Shown: positions 44,394 through 54,502 of the stretch, one piece after another | Numbering within the stretch: the stretch's first letter is position 1 | How the letters are laid out: each line of letters starts with the position of its first letter | Source: Chthoniobacterales bacterium | Lineage (GTDB): Bacteria; Verrucomicrobiota; Verrucomicrobiia; Chthoniobacterales; UBA10450 | Direction: 5' to 3' | NCBI GenBank assembly: GCA_038226905.1 | Contig: JBBRQE010000001.1 | Span: 1,392-65,391 of the forward strand | DNA: 64,000 nt | Program-made: the position numbers and the translations under genes | Notes under the pieces: generated by a model | Told to the model about the DNA's origin: nothing | The model's database searches: none | The model's input: the letters and a program-made list of their open reading frames with translations, nothing else

Positions 44394-45068
44394 TCACCAG
44401 AATCCCCACTGCCCGGTTTTCATGATCCACACTCCGAGGAGGAGATTGGTAATTGCATGGGTAACAACGCAGGTCGACAGGCTTTTCGTCCGGTAGATAA
44501 CGACGTTAAAAAGCATTCCCGTAAGCAATGCCGCAAGCCAATCGGGTTGGTTGTGAGATAAACCAAAGGCGAGCGCTACCAGAGTGAACGATAGCCAGCT
44601 AAAGGTGCCCAGCGGAACGCGCTTAAAATCTTCATCGATCAGAAAGCGGAGGAGAAACCCGCGCCAGAAAATCTCTTCCACGAGTGGCACCACCACGACC
44701 AGCCGGAGAAAGCGAAACAGGACCGTCCCCCCATAAAGGATGGGCTGCCCGGCAAATTGATCTGGATTGAAGCCGGAGAAGCGTGCGGGAAATCCCAGAA
44801 AAACTTGAGGGGCGATCCACAGCACAAACACAACAATCCCGACCAGCAGTCCCACGCCCAGGTGAGCGGGCCGCGCCAGGTGGTAATGCGGCCAGAAGGC
44901 GAGGAGAAGGAGACCACAGGCAATTGTCTGCACCGGATAAATCCAGTATTCCGAGGCGCTCAGCCAGGAATTGCCGCCCACCCATTTGAGGGTGCTGCCG
45001 AGCGCGAGGAGAGCCAGGAACAGCGCCATGGGCAGAACGTAGGTCCACAATGTTCTTCCGTTACTCAC
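44394..45068 (-). CDS. CPBP family intramembrane glutamic endopeptidase (CAAX protease-like)
   Basis: 224 aa. Motif 1 EEIFWR, motif 2 FGLSH, motif 3 HAITN. Polytopic. Confidence 0.8.
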   Translation of the reverse strand: MSNGRTLWTYVLPMALFLALLALGSTLKWVGGNSWLSASEYWIYPVQTIACGLLLLAFWPHYHLARPAHLGVGLLVGIVVFVLWIAPQVFLGFPARFSGFNPDQFAGQPILYGGTVLFRFLRLVVVVPLVEEIFWRGFLLRFLIDEDFKRVPLGTFSWLSFTLVALAFGLSHNQPDWLAALLTGMLFNVVIYRTKSLSTCVVTHAITNLLLGVWIMKTGQWGFW

Positions 45069-45121
45069 GCTCGCGAAATCGATTCCATTTTTTGCGGCTA
45101 TCCGCTAGCGTTCTTTTCTCG

Positions 45122-45385
45122 ATGATTCCAGATGCCGAGGGCAAGCCTGAATCCTGTCAGACCGATCCCGAGCAGCTGGTGCGCCTGTTGGACATCGAGT
45201 TGGCCATGAAACGGGCGGCCTGGGCGGAAGCGACCTCACGGCATCGGAAGATTCGCACAATCAGCTTCCTCTTTCTCGCACTGGTGTTGATGGGCGCAAT
45301 GCTGGGTTTCTTCCTCATATTCACTTCCCTCACCCAGGATCGTGTAAAGACGGGGGCGCGTCCCGTCGCCTCGCCCCGGCCCTAA
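45122..45385 (+). CDS. Small membrane protein, hypothetical
   Basis: ATG 45122. MIPDAEGKPES...IRTISFLFLALVLMGAMLGFFLIF... with one TM. Confidence 0.35.
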   Translation: MIPDAEGKPESCQTDPEQLVRLLDIELAMKRAAWAEATSRHRKIRTISFLFLALVLMGAMLGFFLIFTSLTQDRVKTGARPVASPRP

Positions 45386-46236
45386 CGAGCCACGGCCGCC
45401 TTGGTCGTTTCCACCAGAACTTTGCTGGAGCGCCGAGCGTTCTGCACAAAGGTGTTGTTGTCCCCATGTTGAGCCCACGGCCCTTGTGGCACTTCGCTAA
45501 ATTCAACGAATTTCCAGTCGGTCACGTCGGTCGTCTGCAGTCCTAAATAATCGCGGACGGCGGGCGATACGTCCAACCCGGCGCCCTTGTTCAAGTTCGG
45601 CTTGGGGCGTTCATTCCCGAAAACGTATTGCCAATGATCCGTCCGAAAAGGACCGGCATCCTCCCACTGCGCGTAAACCGTGCGGTCGCCCTTATGAATG
45701 GCGATCCACCGCCCTTTACAGACCGAAACGCCCGGACCTTTGTAGGCCTGCTTGAACCAAGGGACGACTTGCGCTGCTTCCGGCCGATGACCGTTGGTCG
45801 CCTTATCGTTGTAGGGAAGCGCACAGTAGAAAGGATTTTGCCTGGGCGTGAACGTGGCCGGCAGGTAGTTGCTGCGATGGGCCGGCCGCGGGTCGTCGAA
45901 CCCGCCATAACTTCCCGTCCAATTCTTATCCCACGAGCTCGATCGATTCGGGACCGGATTGTTTCCGCTTGGTTCTTCCCCGATCCAGAAGACGGTGGTC
46001 ACAATATCTCTTTTCCACGGGAACGGCGCACCCGGGAGGGACGAAGGCCTGTCCAAGTGGCGAGGCGCGAAGGCCACCGAATCGACATTGAGCAGGAGAT
46101 CTTCCGAAAGTCTGTCCGATTTCTTGCTCACCTTCGCCTTGTTCGCGGGCGCCTTGACGGGCGCGGACTGCGCAAACATGGATGAGACCGACGACAGGAT
46201 GACGGCAACCGTGTGGATGATAGTTCCTGGTTTCAT
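45382..46236 (-). CDS. Secreted protein with a possible RlpA/expansin-like double-psi beta-barrel domain
   Basis: 284 aa. Signal peptide MKPGTIIHTVAVILSSVSSMFAQS. The C-terminal CKGRWIAIHKGDRTVYAQWEDAGPF...GAGLDVSPAVRDYLGL fits the DPBB pattern (C.G..v.v....r.v.v.v.D.GPf...glDlS.aa...Lg). Confidence 0.4.
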   Translation of the reverse strand: MKPGTIIHTVAVILSSVSSMFAQSAPVKAPANKAKVSKKSDRLSEDLLLNVDSVAFAPRHLDRPSSLPGAPFPWKRDIVTTVFWIGEEPSGNNPVPNRSSSWDKNWTGSYGGFDDPRPAHRSNYLPATFTPRQNPFYCALPYNDKATNGHRPEAAQVVPWFKQAYKGPGVSVCKGRWIAIHKGDRTVYAQWEDAGPFRTDHWQYVFGNERPKPNLNKGAGLDVSPAVRDYLGLQTTDVTDWKFVEFSEVPQGPWAQHGDNNTFVQNARRSSKVLVETTKAAVAR

Positions 46237-46396
46237 GGCAATGGAGCGCTCGGCGCCGAACGGGGAACGCGAGTCCCCATTATTAATTCGTTCGCCACCA
46301 CACAGATGGGCGTAGGTGGCAGTTACTTGAAGTGCCGTAATATCCTACCAAACCAGCCCGGGTCAACCGCCCCGTGGAAGGCCAAGAGCGACTGAG

Positions 46397-47773
46397 TTAA
46401 TCGAGGAACTTACCGGGATTGAGAATGCGACCGGGATCGAGCGCATTCTTGAGTTCCTGGTGGAGGCGGCGCGTGACGTCGCTGGTGGCTTCCGGCCACC
46501 ACCGTTTCTTCGCCAAGCCGACTCCATGTTCGCCCGTGATCACGCCACCCCACGCCAACACTTGCGCAAATAATGCATCGAGCGCCTCCTCCACGCGGTC
46601 CTGCACATCCGGGTCCTCGTATTGAGCCGCCATGATATTGACGTGAATATTGCCGTCCCCCGCATGGCCGAAACAGGCAATCGGAAAGCCGGATTTCTTC
46701 TGCAAACCTGCGGCAAAATCGATCAGGTCCACAATATGGCTGCGCGGCACCACCACGTCCTGATTCAGTTTCGTTAGGCCAGTGGCGCGCAACGAGTTGC
46801 TGAACTCGCGCCGCAGGGCCCACATCTTCTCCGATTCCGTCTCGCCCGTAGCCATGGTCAGGCTATTTGGATTCTTGCGGGCAAGAAGTTCGCGAAGAGC
46901 CGCCGCTTCCCCGGCCACGCTTTGTTCCTGGCCATCCAGGTCGACGAGCAGGTGAGCATGGCCGGCCGGGACCAGCGCCTCGCCCAATTCGTGGCGCGCC
47001 GCCTCCAGCGTGAAACTATCCGCGATCTCGAGCGACGAAGGCAAAAACCCGGCTGCGAATATTTCCTGTACGGCCGCGGCCGCTTCCGACATGGTGGCAA
47101 ACGCCGCGGACAAAGTGGCACGGCCCGGAGGCAGCGGGAGTAAACGAAGCGTGATTTCTGTGACGACTCCCAGCATTCCCTCCGAGCCGACAAAGAGTCC
47201 GATCAAATCGAACCCCGTCTTATTCTTGTGCACGCGGCCGCCCGTTCGCAGGACCTCGCCGTCGGCCAAGACAACCTCAAGGCCCAGGACATAATTACGG
47301 GTTACTCCATACTTGAGACAACGGGGGCCACCCGCGTTGGTGGCCACGTTCCCGCCAATGCTGCAGTCCTTCTGACTGGCCGGATCAGGCGGATAAAACA
47401 GTTTTTGCGCACGCGCCGCCGCCTTCAAATCAGAGGTAATCACCCCCGGCTCGACCACCGCCACGGCATCCGCAAAATGTATTTCCTTGATGCGATTCAT
47501 CCTGATCAGGGAAAGCGCAATACCCCGGTGGGCCGGGACGCAACCGCCCACATAGCCATAGCCGGCGCCGCGCGCGGTCACGGGAATTTTATTACCCGAG
47601 GCAAATCGGAGCAACGCGGCGACATCATTGGTCGACCGAGCGAAAACGACGACCTCTGGTTCTTCCGCGGCAAACCATTTATCACCGCTATGTATTTTCA
47701 GCACGGACGGCTCGTCGCTGACGATCGATTCGTCGGCTGACAGCTTACGCCGCAATGTCTCGGCCAGGCTCAT
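46397..47773 (-). CDS. FAD-linked oxidase (GlcD / D-lactate dehydrogenase family)
   Basis: 458 aa. ARGAGYGYVGG, SIGGNVATNAGG, GSEGMLGVVTEITLRL, GEHGVGLAK. Confidence 0.8.
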   Translation of the reverse strand: MSLAETLRRKLSADESIVSDEPSVLKIHSGDKWFAAEEPEVVVFARSTNDVAALLRFASGNKIPVTARGAGYGYVGGCVPAHRGIALSLIRMNRIKEIHFADAVAVVEPGVITSDLKAAARAQKLFYPPDPASQKDCSIGGNVATNAGGPRCLKYGVTRNYVLGLEVVLADGEVLRTGGRVHKNKTGFDLIGLFVGSEGMLGVVTEITLRLLPLPPGRATLSAAFATMSEAAAAVQEIFAAGFLPSSLEIADSFTLEAARHELGEALVPAGHAHLLVDLDGQEQSVAGEAAALRELLARKNPNSLTMATGETESEKMWALRREFSNSLRATGLTKLNQDVVVPRSHIVDLIDFAAGLQKKSGFPIACFGHAGDGNIHVNIMAAQYEDPDVQDRVEEALDALFAQVLAWGGVITGEHGVGLAKKRWWPEATSDVTRRLHQELKNALDPGRILNPGKFLD

Positions 47774-47868
47774 CCTTCAGCAACTATCGCGGCAAGTCAT
47801 CGTGGCAGCGGATCGAAACGAGCCCGGAGTCGAGCAATCATGCAGCATCGACATCGGCAGGCCCCAAT

Positions 47869-48645
47869 CTACATGCCCATTATCTGATAACCGCCGTCCA
47901 CATAAAGCACCTGCCCGGTAATGGCGGCGGCGCCATCGCTGGCCAGAAATACGCCCGTCTCACCCAGCTCGGAGGCTTCGCAACTGCGCTTGAGGGGAGC
48001 GCGTTCCTGATAGTGCTTTAACATCGACATAAATCCGCTGATCCCGCGGGCGGCCAGCGTGTTCATGGGTCCGGCCGAAATGCAGTTCACTCGAATTTTC
48101 TTCGCTCCCAAATCGTAAGCCAAGTACCGCGTACTGGCTTCCAGGCTGGCTTTGGCCACTCCCATGACGTTGTAATGCGGCACAACTTTTTCCGCGCCGT
48201 AGTAGGTCATTGCTACGATGCTGCCACCATTCGTCATCATGGGCGCGGCTTCCCGAGCCAGAGCCACCAACGAGTAGGCGCTGATGTCATGCGCTACACG
48301 AAACGCCTCGCGCGTCGTGCTGACAAAATCACCTTCCAAGGCCTCCTTGGGAGCAAAGGCGACGGAATGAAGCAGTAAATCAACCCGGTCTGTTTGCTTT
48401 CTCACCTGCTCGAAAAACGATTTGATGGCATCGTCACTCGAGACATCGCAGGGAAACAAGGGCGTTTGCTCGCCAAACTCGGCCACCAGTTCTTCGACAT
48501 TCTCTTTCAGCCGCTCGCCCTGATAGTTAAAAATTAAGCGCGCTCCCGCCGCCGCCCAGGCCCGGGCAATGGCCCACGCGATGCTGCGTTTGTTCGCTAC
48601 TCCGAAAACGACGCCGGTTTTTCCCGCCAAAGGTTGTGCAGTCAT
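47869..48645 (-). CDS. fabI: Enoyl-[acyl-carrier-protein] reductase (NADH)
   Basis: 258 aa. GVANKRSIAWAIA, HSVAFAP, Y-x6-K block YNVMGVAKASLE, SAGPMNTLAA. Confidence 0.9.
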   Translation of the reverse strand: MTAQPLAGKTGVVFGVANKRSIAWAIARAWAAAGARLIFNYQGERLKENVEELVAEFGEQTPLFPCDVSSDDAIKSFFEQVRKQTDRVDLLLHSVAFAPKEALEGDFVSTTREAFRVAHDISAYSLVALAREAAPMMTNGGSIVAMTYYGAEKVVPHYNVMGVAKASLEASTRYLAYDLGAKKIRVNCISAGPMNTLAARGISGFMSMLKHYQERAPLKRSCEASELGETGVFLASDGAAAITGQVLYVDGGYQIMGM

Positions 48646-48717
48646 GACCCGATCACGATACGCACATTTCGCCTATGGCAAGAATCGCCGGACCCCGCCC
48701 CCCGACGAAAAGGTGAC

Positions 48718-49389
48718 TTAACAGGCGATGGCGTGGCGACGGCAGACGCCCGAGAGCATCTCCCAAAGTGCGTCGAGCGCACGCTGAACAGAAGCGCCGA
48801 CCTTCGCGAAATTGACCGGGTCGATGTACTGCATCAGCATTTTTCGCTCGGAAGCGGAGTGCTCGCGGTCGGCCTCAATGTGCACACTGAAATAACGGTA
48901 ATGCTCCGGCTGGGTCACGCCGTAATGCTTCTTGAGACCGTCGATTTTCGATTCACAAATATCCGGGATCTGACTTTCGTAGGCGTAAAGTGCGGCCAAA
49001 CCTTCCGCGGTCGAACCATCGCGGCAAACGGAACGAAAGGTACTGATCAGGTTTCGCGTTTCCGCGCTTTGTTCGGACGCGCGGGCCGTGGCTTCGTCTA
49101 CGCCGAAAGCCTGCGCGAACTGAAGCCACAGTTCCGGGTGATTGGGCCAGCCCGCTTCTTCGTCCGTCAGATTCTCCAATAGCTGCCGCCTGGTCGACTG
49201 ATCGTCACAGTTTGAATGCACGGCCGACAAATAAGTCGGAAAAGCGGCCACGTGGTGATAGTACTGCGCTGCGTAATCCGCCAGGGCTTCCCGGCTGAGT
49301 TCGCCGCGGGTCCAGGCCAGATAAAACGGATGTTTCAGGAGATGCTTGTCGGCGATGGAGAGGTCGATCGTCTGGAGATATTGGTTCAT
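48718..49389 (-). CDS. CADD-like di-metal oxygenase (Chlamydia CT610-type, candidate self-sacrificing pABA synthase)
   Basis: 223 aa. KHLLKHPFYLAWTRGELSREALADYAAQYYHHVAAFPTYLSAVHSNCDD, LTDEEAGWPNHPELW, YAYESQIPDICESKIDGL, HIEADREH. Closely parallels the CT610 sequence as I remember it. Confidence 0.75.
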   Translation of the reverse strand: MNQYLQTIDLSIADKHLLKHPFYLAWTRGELSREALADYAAQYYHHVAAFPTYLSAVHSNCDDQSTRRQLLENLTDEEAGWPNHPELWLQFAQAFGVDEATARASEQSAETRNLISTFRSVCRDGSTAEGLAALYAYESQIPDICESKIDGLKKHYGVTQPEHYRYFSVHIEADREHSASERKMLMQYIDPVNFAKVGASVQRALDALWEMLSGVCRRHAIAC

Positions 49390-49481
49390 ACAATTATTTC
49401 GGTCTGTCTGTTTATAAAGCAGCGACGCTTAGTCGCCAACCACATTGTTTGATCCGTAATTCTCTGTCGGCATGGCCGCGG

Positions 49482-52400
49482 CTAGCTCGCCTGCAGGATG
49501 TGTTTAATTCCACGGATCGGGATGACGACCCAGTCCGGGCGGCTGTTTAATTCGTAACCAATCTCGTAGACCGCCTTATCCAGCAGATAGGCCTCGAGAA
49601 AGACCTGCAGGTCGTGCTCGTTCGAAGGGATAAAAACCGCCTTCTCGGTGGTGCTCAGATAGCTCTGTAAAAAGACATTGCTCATCTCGCGGTACCAAAC
49701 GTCGGCCCATCGTTCCAGGAAAGGTCCGTCCTCGGCGCGCATGGCCGGCTGCCACAAGGCACTGTAAGCCGCGTACTGGAAGGACCGCATCATACCCGCC
49801 ACATCGCGCAGGGGCGATCTCTTCAATTTGCGCTCGCTTAAAGGGCGCGCCGGTTCCCCTTCGAAATCGAGGATGAAAAAATCCTTCCCCGTATAAAGCA
49901 CCTGGCCGAGATGGTAGTCTCCGTGAATTCGGATTTTGGCAGCGCCGTCGCGACGATCGAGCAGCCGTTTTTCCCGTAATAGAATCTCGGATTCCATGCC
50001 CAGCACTTCCTCCGCTTCGGCCCGAAACTCGGCGGGCAATTCACCCAGGCTCTTGTGCAGGATGGCAAAAGTCCGACGCAGCAAAGCACGCATGGACTGA
50101 TAAGTAGAGCGCTGGGCCATGGCATTGAATGGCTCCGGCGCGAAAGCCGCCGCCTCCGTATCGCGCGCGAGCGCCGCATGCATTTCACCGGTGCGCTGGC
50201 CCAACATCTTGGCCTTCTCCGCATAAACCCCGCCGATCAATTCATCGAGCAGCGGACGCGGGAGCGTGGCTTGATTTTGTAAGTCCGCTTTCCGTCCGAG
50301 AACCCGTTCGTAGTAGCGTCCGACGGAATCGAGCGTAAGCGTCCACGCGTCGCCTTCATTGGCCACTGCGCCTTGCAGCAGACATACCACGGTGGGCTCA
50401 GCCGTGCCCCGCCGGTACTCGAGGGCCCCGCCGAAGGCCGGGACGTTCGGGAACTTGGCCTGGTCCGTGAGAAAGCGTGTAATTTCCACATCCGGATTCA
50501 CGCCGTCCTCCAGTTTCCGGTAGAGCTTGAGGAAGAATTTGTTGTCGAACAACATCGACGAATTGCTCTGCTGCCCGGCCACTACCTGGGAGGCAGCGGG
50601 CGGCGACGAGGCGTGGTCGGCCAGCCAGCGGCCAGCCATGCCGATGAGATCTCCGTTGGATCCCTTGGCCCTCTTCTCCCCGCTAATTGCATCAAACAGT
50701 TGAGCGCGGAACGCACCATCCCAAAGGGCGTCGTGCAGAATGGCCTCCTCCGGGCCGCCCAAACGCGCGATCACGGCGTGCGGTGCGGCTTGGGTGATCT
50801 CGCGGGCCGCCTCGCCGGCCGATATTTTGACGGGCAAGGCATAGGTTTCGTTAGGCCCATCCAGGTAGCTCACCTCCAGGAACCAGAAGCGCCCAGCCTC
50901 CACTTTATCTGAGAGACCGGGTTGCTCCAGAATTCGGACATCGCGGATAGTTCGAGTCTTGGAACTAAACCAGCGGCAGGTCTTGATGTAATCTGGGAGA
51001 ATCTCGCGCTCGAAGAGGGCCCGCCGGTTATTCTCCAGCAGTGTTTGAAGAGAGGCCGGCGCCTCGACGGTCGGAACGACACGCTGCTTGCTCAAGCGCC
51101 GGCTGTCAGATTGCGGCCGCAGCACAAACCAATAGTGCGAATGCGGGGAGAGCGTGATGACGTAAGGCGCTTTTCTGATGGAGGGAAATGGATTACGACT
51201 GAAGACTTCCACGGGGCGGCATCCGGAGAAGCGCGCCAGATCGAGCTCGGCCGATTGAGAAAAGCGCGAAAGATTGACGACCACCAGAATGGTTTCGCCT
51301 TCGTGCTGCCGGATAAAAGCTAAAACCTTGGCGTTATCGGGATAAAGGAATTCGAGGGAGCCGCGCGAGAAAGCCTTGAAGTTCTTGCGCATGGCAATGA
51401 CCCGGCGCATCCACCAGAGAAGCGAAGAAAGATTCTTCTGCTGATTTTCCACGTTGACCGCTTCGTAGTGATACTCGGGGTCGATCGTGATCGGGAGATA
51501 AAGCTGCTGCGGGTTCGCCTTGGAAAAACCGGCGTTGCGATCGGGACTCCATTGCATGGGGGTGCGGCATCCATTGCGATCGCCCAGGTAAAAATTATCC
51601 CCCATTCCTATTTCATCGCCGTAGTAGATAATGGGAGTGCCCCGCATGGAAAAGAGAAGCGTGTTGAGCAGCTCGATCTTGCGGCGGCTGTTGGCCAGGA
51701 GCGGGGCCAGACGGCGGCGAATCCCCAGATTGATACGCGCGTGCGGATCGTTCGCATAAACGCGCCACATGTAGTCGCGTTCTTCATCCGTCACCATTTC
51801 GAGGGTCAATTCATCGTGATTGCGCAGGAACATGGCCCACTGGCAATTATCGGGAATGGCGGGCGTTTGATCGAGGATATCGATAATGGGAAACCGATCT
51901 TCCATTTGCAGAGCCATGAACATCCGGGGCATGAGCGGGAAATGAAAATTCATGTGCGACTCATCGCCGTCGCCGAAGTACGCGACCGCGTCTTCCGGCC
52001 ATTGATTCGCTTCGGCCAGAAGCATGCGCCCGGGAAATTTCCGATCGAGATGAGCGCGCAGTTTCTTCAGGTAGGTATGCGTCTCGGGAAGGTTTTCGCA
52101 GTTGGTGCCTTCACGCTCGTATAAATAGGGAATGGCATCGAGACGCACTCCGTCCACGCCCATGGCCAGCCAGTAATCACACACTTTTTCGACGGCCTCG
52201 TGCACGGCCGGATTATCGAAATTCAGATCGGGCTGGTGCGAATAAAACCGGTGCCAGTAGTAGGCTTTTGCCACCGGATCCCATGCCCAGTTGGACGTTT
52301 CAAAATCCTTAAAGATGATGCGCGCTTCCTGAAATTTGTCGGGTGTATCGCTCCAGACATAGAAATCCTTGTAATCCGTTTGGTCCATCGCATCCGGCAC

Positions 52401-52796
52401 GCGATCGGGCAGTCCCCCCACGGCCCGCCGTGACTTCTGGAACCAGGGATTCTGGTCGGAGGTGTGATTGATCACCAACTCGGTGATGACGCGCAGGCCC
52501 CGGTCATGCGCTGCCGCTAGAAAGGCGCGGAAATCGGCGAGCGTGCCGTAGTTAGGATTGACGTCGAAATAATTGGCAATGTCGTAACCATCATCTCGCA
52601 GGGGTGACGGATAAAAAGGGAGGATCCAGATGGCCGTTACGCCTAATTCCTGCAAGTAATCGAGCTTCTCGATCAGGCCGCGGAAATCTCCAATTCCGTC
52701 GCCATCGCTGTCGTGAAAAGTTTTAACGTGGAGCTCGTAGATGATCGCGTCTTTGTACCAAAGGGGATCTCCAAGTTGTTCCTGCGTTTGAGCCAT
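49482..52796 (-). CDS. treS: Trehalose synthase (maltose alpha-D-glucosyltransferase) fused to maltokinase
   Basis: Start set at ATG 52796 (MAQTQEQLGDPLWYKDAIIYELHV). GH13 blocks DGDGIGDF, GVDGVRLDAIPY, FLRNHDELT. The ~450-aa C-terminal kinase-like domain has HGDYHLGQVL and ILDFEGEP. Confidence 0.85.
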   Translation of the reverse strand: MAQTQEQLGDPLWYKDAIIYELHVKTFHDSDGDGIGDFRGLIEKLDYLQELGVTAIWILPFYPSPLRDDGYDIANYFDVNPNYGTLADFRAFLAAAHDRGLRVITELVINHTSDQNPWFQKSRRAVGGLPDRVPDAMDQTDYKDFYVWSDTPDKFQEARIIFKDFETSNWAWDPVAKAYYWHRFYSHQPDLNFDNPAVHEAVEKVCDYWLAMGVDGVRLDAIPYLYEREGTNCENLPETHTYLKKLRAHLDRKFPGRMLLAEANQWPEDAVAYFGDGDESHMNFHFPLMPRMFMALQMEDRFPIIDILDQTPAIPDNCQWAMFLRNHDELTLEMVTDEERDYMWRVYANDPHARINLGIRRRLAPLLANSRRKIELLNTLLFSMRGTPIIYYGDEIGMGDNFYLGDRNGCRTPMQWSPDRNAGFSKANPQQLYLPITIDPEYHYEAVNVENQQKNLSSLLWWMRRVIAMRKNFKAFSRGSLEFLYPDNAKVLAFIRQHEGETILVVVNLSRFSQSAELDLARFSGCRPVEVFSRNPFPSIRKAPYVITLSPHSHYWFVLRPQSDSRRLSKQRVVPTVEAPASLQTLLENNRRALFEREILPDYIKTCRWFSSKTRTIRDVRILEQPGLSDKVEAGRFWFLEVSYLDGPNETYALPVKISAGEAAREITQAAPHAVIARLGGPEEAILHDALWDGAFRAQLFDAISGEKRAKGSNGDLIGMAGRWLADHASSPPAASQVVAGQQSNSSMLFDNKFFLKLYRKLEDGVNPDVEITRFLTDQAKFPNVPAFGGALEYRRGTAEPTVVCLLQGAVANEGDAWTLTLDSVGRYYERVLGRKADLQNQATLPRPLLDELIGGVYAEKAKMLGQRTGEMHAALARDTEAAAFAPEPFNAMAQRSTYQSMRALLRRTFAILHKSLGELPAEFRAEAEEVLGMESEILLREKRLLDRRDGAAKIRIHGDYHLGQVLYTGKDFFILDFEGEPARPLSERKLKRSPLRDVAGMMRSFQYAAYSALWQPAMRAEDGPFLERWADVWYREMSNVFLQSYLSTTEKAVFIPSNEHDLQVFLEAYLLDKAVYEIGYELNSRPDWVVIPIRGIKHILQAS

Positions 52797-52917
52797 GGGC
52801 CTAACTCTTGGCGCACAATGGCTGCGCGGCAAGTCATCGATCAACGCGCGCCGCGAACCGGACGTAAAATACTTCGTCCCGCCACCCGGAAAAGGCGCCG
52901 CTTCGTAACCGCCTTAA

Positions 52918-53580
52918 CTACTTCTCGCGGGCCAGCGCATTCTGACTGGCCACGCAATGCCACGTGCCATTTCGCTCCACCCACGTGTCCGTGTAACGAT
53001 AGCTGCGGTCGAACGCGTAGCCCGCCGTCGTGATACCTTTGGCCCGCGCACTCCCCGTCACCACTGCGACGGTCGGCCCATAGATATGAACGTTCAGCTT
53101 TTCGTTCTTAGCCGACTTATAACTATCCTTGTCCGACTTCACTGCGGCGATGAGGGCCGATTTGTTAACAAACTTGCCTTTGGAATCGACACCGGAAAAG
53201 TCAGACGCCACCAAGGCATCCACCACACTCGCGTCGTGCGCGACAATGGCGGATTCCCAACGGTTCTCCATCTCTTTCAGAGTGGCTTCCAAACTTCTTT
53301 TGGATGGAGGCCGGGTTGTGTCCGGTTCGGCCTTCGGCACCGGCTTGGCGGCCGGTTTTTGCGAAGAGGTGGCGACGGGTGCCACGGTAGTTGTGGGAAG
53401 ACTCGCGGATTTAACGGCAGGCCGCTCCTCCGCGGCCGGAGCAGGTTTCGCTTCGGGCGTCGCTTCGGAAGAGGGCGTTGGGCTCCCGGAAATCGGCGCT
53501 GGAGTGGAAACCATTTGCTGGCCCAACGCTGAAGTGACGAGTGCCAGGACAACAAGGAGAAAGGGAAGACGGGATTTCAT
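52918..53580 (-). CDS. Secreted protein with Pro/Ala-rich linker and an NTF2-like (DUF4440/SnoaL-like) domain
   Basis: Start set at MKSRLPFLLVVLALVTSALGQQ (53580). C-terminal LKEMENRWESAIVAHDASVVDALVASDFSGVD...YRYTDTWVERNGTWHCVASQ. Confidence 0.55.
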   Translation of the reverse strand: MKSRLPFLLVVLALVTSALGQQMVSTPAPISGSPTPSSEATPEAKPAPAAEERPAVKSASLPTTTVAPVATSSQKPAAKPVPKAEPDTTRPPSKRSLEATLKEMENRWESAIVAHDASVVDALVASDFSGVDSKGKFVNKSALIAAVKSDKDSYKSAKNEKLNVHIYGPTVAVVTGSARAKGITTAGYAFDRSYRYTDTWVERNGTWHCVASQNALAREK

Positions 53581-53845
53581 GGGTGATATTGGCATTGTCT
53601 TTGTTGGAGCTTTCGTTCGTGCCGCCGATGCCACGATAGCCAACACCTAGAGACGCATCGTATTGGGCCGGATTGCAGCGGGTCAAGAGCGAAGGGATGC
53701 AGCCGGGCTCTGTCCCAGTGTTCGTTCTTCAAACAAAAAAAATTTCGGCAGATTCGCTCGCCAGGCGAGGAGGACGAAGATAATCTCGGAACGGATGAGG
53801 ATGTCGCGCGTCATGTTTAATTAGGCTGCCAAAAGAGGGTTTTGT

Positions 53846-54502
53846 ATGCCGGGACAAATCGATAACACCACCCCCTTGGATACGGACGAGGAGGCACCAA
53901 AAGTCGCCCCTGCGCCGCCCCCGCTTCCGCCCGGCGCGCCCAGCGATTTGGATTTGATGCTCGCCATTCAACGACAGGATCCCGACGCGCTTTCCGTTTT
54001 GTATGATCGCTACAATGGCATCTTAAAGGCGCTAATCCTGCGCGTGATTCACAACGACGCCGAGGCCGATGATTTGCTCCAGGAAATTTTCATGGAGATC
54101 TGGAAGCAGGCTAAAAACTTCTCCGCCCAGAAGGGGAAACCGCTCGGTTGGATGGTGACACTGGCCAGACGGCGAGCCATCGACGGCCTTCGTAAGAAGC
54201 AAGCTTATGCCCGCGCCGGAGAGCGCCTGCAACACGAGACGGAACAGCAGCCAGACGCCTGGGTCCACAATACGACGGAGACCGACATCGCCATGGGAGA
54301 TACGCGGCAGCTGATCCGCCAAGTCATCGATTCCCTTCCCGTGGCGCAGCAGCAGGCGGTCGAATTGGCATTTTTTCGCGGTATGAGCCAGCGCGAAATC
54401 GCCGCAAATACGAATACACCATTAGGGACGGTCAAGACACGGCTCGAGCTTGGCCTCAAGAAAATCTACGACGGGTTGAAAGAGCTTAAAGATGAGCTTT
54501 GA
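53846..54502 (+). CDS. ECF-type sigma-70 family factor
   Basis: 218 aa. LYDRYNGILKALILRVIHNDAEADDLLQEIFMEIW (region 2), SQREIAANTNTPLGTVKTRL (region 4). Confidence 0.8.
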   Translation: MPGQIDNTTPLDTDEEAPKVAPAPPPLPPGAPSDLDLMLAIQRQDPDALSVLYDRYNGILKALILRVIHNDAEADDLLQEIFMEIWKQAKNFSAQKGKPLGWMVTLARRRAIDGLRKKQAYARAGERLQHETEQQPDAWVHNTTETDIAMGDTRQLIRQVIDSLPVAQQQAVELAFFRGMSQREIAANTNTPLGTVKTRLELGLKKIYDGLKELKDEL

